From NCBI GenBank assembly GCA_048938895.1, contig JBHLLU010000024.1, positions 34,275-65,964 on the forward strand: a stretch of DNA of 31,690 nt. The letters run 5' to 3'. This DNA comes from Promethearchaeota archaeon. GTDB lineage: Archaea; Asgardarchaeota; Lokiarchaeia; Sigyniarchaeales; SOKP01. Below, in pieces: positions 29,142 through 31,690 of this stretch. The position numbers were made by a program, and so were the translations under genes. Numbering within the stretch: the first letter of the stretch is position 1; each line of letters begins with the position of its first letter. The notes under the pieces were generated by a model that was given only the letters and a program-made list of their open reading frames with translations, had not been told where the DNA came from and searched no databases.

Positions 29142-31340
29142 ATTCTAAGGCAAGTCTTTATCTACAAAGGTGAAGAACTACTTTATTATAGGCATTTTGG
29201 TAAAGCAATGAAACATGAAGCTTTGGATTATCTAATATCAGAAATCATGGATGATGAAGCTATCAGGGGTGAAGATAGAGTAGAATTCCATGATTATTAT
29301 AAATTCAGAGTATCTTATATCACCCAAAAAAGCTTAGGAATAATTGTTCTTTTTGTTACGGGTTTAACAGACAAATTTGATAATATCAAAAAGGAATTGA
29401 TAAAATGTAGGAAAGAGTTTATCAACCTCTTTGAAGAAATATTACAACATCGTTTTGATGCAAAAACTTTTGAAGTTTTTGACCCCATTGTTGATTCAAT
29501 CCACAAGAATCTTAGACCAAAAATATCTTTAATCGGATTTTCGGGAGTAGGAAAAACTACTATAACTAAGTTAATAAGAGCAGAAGAGATCCCCATGCAA
29601 CATATTCCTACAATTACAGGTGACATCGCTACTGTGAAAATTGGGAAATTGCATTTTCATTTGTGGGATTTTGCGGGACAAGAACAATTTAGTTATCTTT
29701 GGGATAATTTTATAAAAGGTAGCGACGCTGCTCTTTTAATTACTGATTCAACCTTAGAAAATGTTGAAAAAAGTAAATTTTTCCTAGAATTAATTAAAGA
29801 ACAATCCCCACATGCTCATACAGCGGTCATCGGAAATAAGCAAGATTTAGAAGGAGCTATTAATCCTGCTCAAATAGAAAGAGTATTAGGATTAAAATCA
29901 TACTCAATGATTGCAAAAGATCCTGAGAATCGAAATAAAATGATTCAAATAATTGCTGATGTTTTAGAAATGAGTGCAGAAGTCTCTCCGTTATTAAAGC
30001 CACTTTTAGAGAGAGATAAATTAATAGAAGAAGCAACAGGGGCATTAAAGACTGCTGATTTTGAAAAAGCAGCATTTCTTTTTGATAAGATAAGTTATTT
30101 ATGCGTAGAATTAGGAGATGATTCATTAGGTAAGGAATTTTATGAGAAATCACAAAAAATAAAAGCAATGCTGGACCAAGTTGGTGCTCCCCAACCTACT
30201 CCTGCTCACCCAATAGAGACAGATAGACAAGAGCAAAAAATCGTCTCGAAGGAACTACAAATCTCTAAAGAGATTATTACCACTAAGCCGACAATCTCAA
30301 TTGAGACGTCTGAAGTTAGTATGCCCCCTACGCCTAAACTTCCTCCTCAGAGATCAACAGAAAGACAAGTTATTAGACCAGAAAAACCTGAAACCCCAAC
30401 ACAATCTATAAAACAGTCTGTTAGTTCCGTTGGAAACACTAATGTTGGCTTACAATTAAATCCTGAAGATTTTATGGTAAAACTAAGACCCAAGACTTTA
30501 GGTGATGTACCGAAAGATGCAAGAAAAAAATTGAAGACATCTGCATTTGGTCATGTTGCAAATATTTCTCAAACTCCAAAAGAGATGCCAGATGGATTCC
30601 CTCAACCTACAAGAATTCCAAAAGAATTTACCCCTCTAAATACACCAATACCCCCTACTGAACCACAAACACTACCTCAACAAATTTCAACTCAACCTAC
30701 TCCATCCCCTCAACCTACAAGAAATGCAAAAGAATTCACCCCTCTAAAAACACCAATACCCCCTACTGAACCACAAACACTACCTCAACAAATTTCAACT
30801 CAACCTACTCCATCCCCCCAACCTACAAGAATTCCAAAAGAATTTACCCCTCTAAATACACCAATGCCCACTACTGAACCGCAAATAGTACCTCAACAAA
30901 TTTCGACTCAATTTACTCCATCCCCTCAACCTACAAGAATTCCAAATGAATTTACCCCTCAAAGTACACCAATGCCCACTACTGAATCACAAACAATACC
31001 TCCACCAACTTCAAGTCAAATTACCCCATCAGCTCAACCAATAAAAACTATAGACGCTCCAAAAGCAAGCACTCCAGAGATTGGAAAGCAAGGATCTCAA
31101 ATGGATCAATATAGCTCGCCTACCATGGAACAAAAGCAAATTGATCATGTGAAAAAAACACTTAACGATTTAAAAGTAAAAAAGGTTGAGATATCAAAAA
31201 TGGCTTTAGATTTCGAAATTAAAGAAATGACAGGAGAAATTACTAAAGAGGAATTTGAAGAAAAAATGAAGAGAATAAAGGAGTATGAAGAAAGAATAGA
31301 AAAGCAGATTCAAGACATACAGAAACTATTGAAAGGTTAA
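29142..31340 (+). CDS. Multidomain Arf-like small GTPase: longin-like N-terminus, GTPase, helical region, Pro/Thr/Gln-rich repeats, C-terminal coiled coil
   Basis: G1 GFSGVGKTT, G2 IPTIT, G3 WDFAGQEQFSYLW, G4 GNKQDL. The first ATG of the ORF is 29208, but the frame is open and protein-like from 29136 (FIILRQVFIYKGEELLYYRHFG). The start at ATT 29142 is tentative. Confidence 0.8.
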   Translation: MLRQVFIYKGEELLYYRHFGKAMKHEALDYLISEIMDDEAIRGEDRVEFHDYYKFRVSYITQKSLGIIVLFVTGLTDKFDNIKKELIKCRKEFINLFEEILQHRFDAKTFEVFDPIVDSIHKNLRPKISLIGFSGVGKTTITKLIRAEEIPMQHIPTITGDIATVKIGKLHFHLWDFAGQEQFSYLWDNFIKGSDAALLITDSTLENVEKSKFFLELIKEQSPHAHTAVIGNKQDLEGAINPAQIERVLGLKSYSMIAKDPENRNKMIQIIADVLEMSAEVSPLLKPLLERDKLIEEATGALKTADFEKAAFLFDKISYLCVELGDDSLGKEFYEKSQKIKAMLDQVGAPQPTPAHPIETDRQEQKIVSKELQISKEIITTKPTISIETSEVSMPPTPKLPPQRSTERQVIRPEKPETPTQSIKQSVSSVGNTNVGLQLNPEDFMVKLRPKTLGDVPKDARKKLKTSAFGHVANISQTPKEMPDGFPQPTRIPKEFTPLNTPIPPTEPQTLPQQISTQPTPSPQPTRNAKEFTPLKTPIPPTEPQTLPQQISTQPTPSPQPTRIPKEFTPLNTPMPTTEPQIVPQQISTQFTPSPQPTRIPNEFTPQSTPMPTTESQTIPPPTSSQITPSAQPIKTIDAPKASTPEIGKQGSQMDQYSSPTMEQKQIDHVKKTLNDLKVKKVEISKMALDFEIKEMTGEITKEEFEEKMKRIKEYEERIEKQIQDIQKLLKG
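30600..31031 (+). repeat. In-frame tandem repeat, 4 x 108 bp (36 aa)
   Basis: Units start at 30600, 30708, 30816 and 30924. Consensus PQPTRIPKEFTPLNTP(I/M)P(P/T)TEPQTLPQQISTQPTPS; unit 4 is the most diverged. Confidence 0.95.
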
Positions 31341-31372
31341 CTTTAGATAAAAATAGAGAATTATTTTTTACT

Positions 31373-31690
31373 TTAAATAAAATTTTTTAAATATATATCT
31401 GGTACATTTGCTTCCCCAATAATGATACCTTTTTTCCCTCCATGGTAATCAGATCCACCTGATTTGATTAAATTATACTTCTCTGCGAGTTTTCTAAAAT
31501 ATTTTGGGAAAAACTCCTGCGCCCATTGAGCTTTATCTGTATTAAAAAAAGGTCTATTTTTCGAATATGTATATTCAACTTCGATTCCCTCAATTCCTGC
31601 TTCTAAACACATCTCAATAAATTTTTCCCTACTTGGTACTTCATGAATTCCTGGATGTGCCAAAATTGGAATTCCTCCAGCAGCTTTAAT
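31373..31690 (-). CDS. PHP-domain phosphatase (TrpH/YciV-like), C-terminal fragment (5' end outside window)
   Basis: The frame is open to the window edge: IKAAGGIPILAHP...GIEGIEVEY...GGSDYHG. Confidence 0.88.
   Translation of the reverse strand: MKAAGGIPILAHPGIHEVPSREKFIEMCLEAGIEGIEVEYTYSKNRPFFNTDKAQWAQEFFPKYFRKLAEKYNLIKSGGSDYHGGKKGIIIGEANVPDIYLKNFI

Noticed and set aside
229-30168. Numerous short ORF-track entries antisense to or overlapping long genes (e.g. 229..519, 815..1024, 2888..3136, 5087..5931, 7414..9570, 19507..19917, 27842..28357, 29315..30168)
   Set aside because: They overlap well-supported genes and show no recognisable motifs; they are shadow ORFs.
30600-31031. Tandem repeat considered as a CRISPR array
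   Set aside because: Contiguous 108-bp in-frame units with no unique spacers, and no cas genes.

Overview
AT-rich archaeal window, most likely from an Asgard archaeon (Lokiarchaeia-like). This is inferred from an archaeal-type IleRS, a UPF0280 protein and several eukaryotic-signature-type genes. About two thirds of the window is a surface-glycan locus: adenylyl-sulfate kinase, three NDP-sugar epimerase/dehydratases, GT2, GT4, a flippase, two PAPS sulfotransferases, three alkaline-phosphatase/sulfatase-superfamily proteins and a GT-C-like membrane protein. Embedded in it is a complete phosphonate pathway: PEP mutase fused to an NTP-transferase, phosphonoacetaldehyde reductase, a cytidylyltransferase and phosphonopyruvate decarboxylase. 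Together these predict 2-hydroxyethylphosphonate- and sulfate-decorated glycans. Three eukaryote-like oddities are interspersed: (1) a protein with four E2-like/RWD folds and a C4HC3 RING (FANCL-like architecture); (2) a two-TM hairpin surface protein with three ~130-aa repeats that, from memory, resemble the luminal insert of Dictyostelium LmpA (CD36/LIMP-2 family); (3) a roadblock-like gene followed by a longin-like/Arf-like GTPase with a 4x108-bp Pro/Thr tandem repeat and an unusual 5' end (non-canonical start or in-frame UGA). No rRNA, tRNA, CRISPR array or mobile element was recognised. All family assignments are by-eye motif recognition, not database searches.
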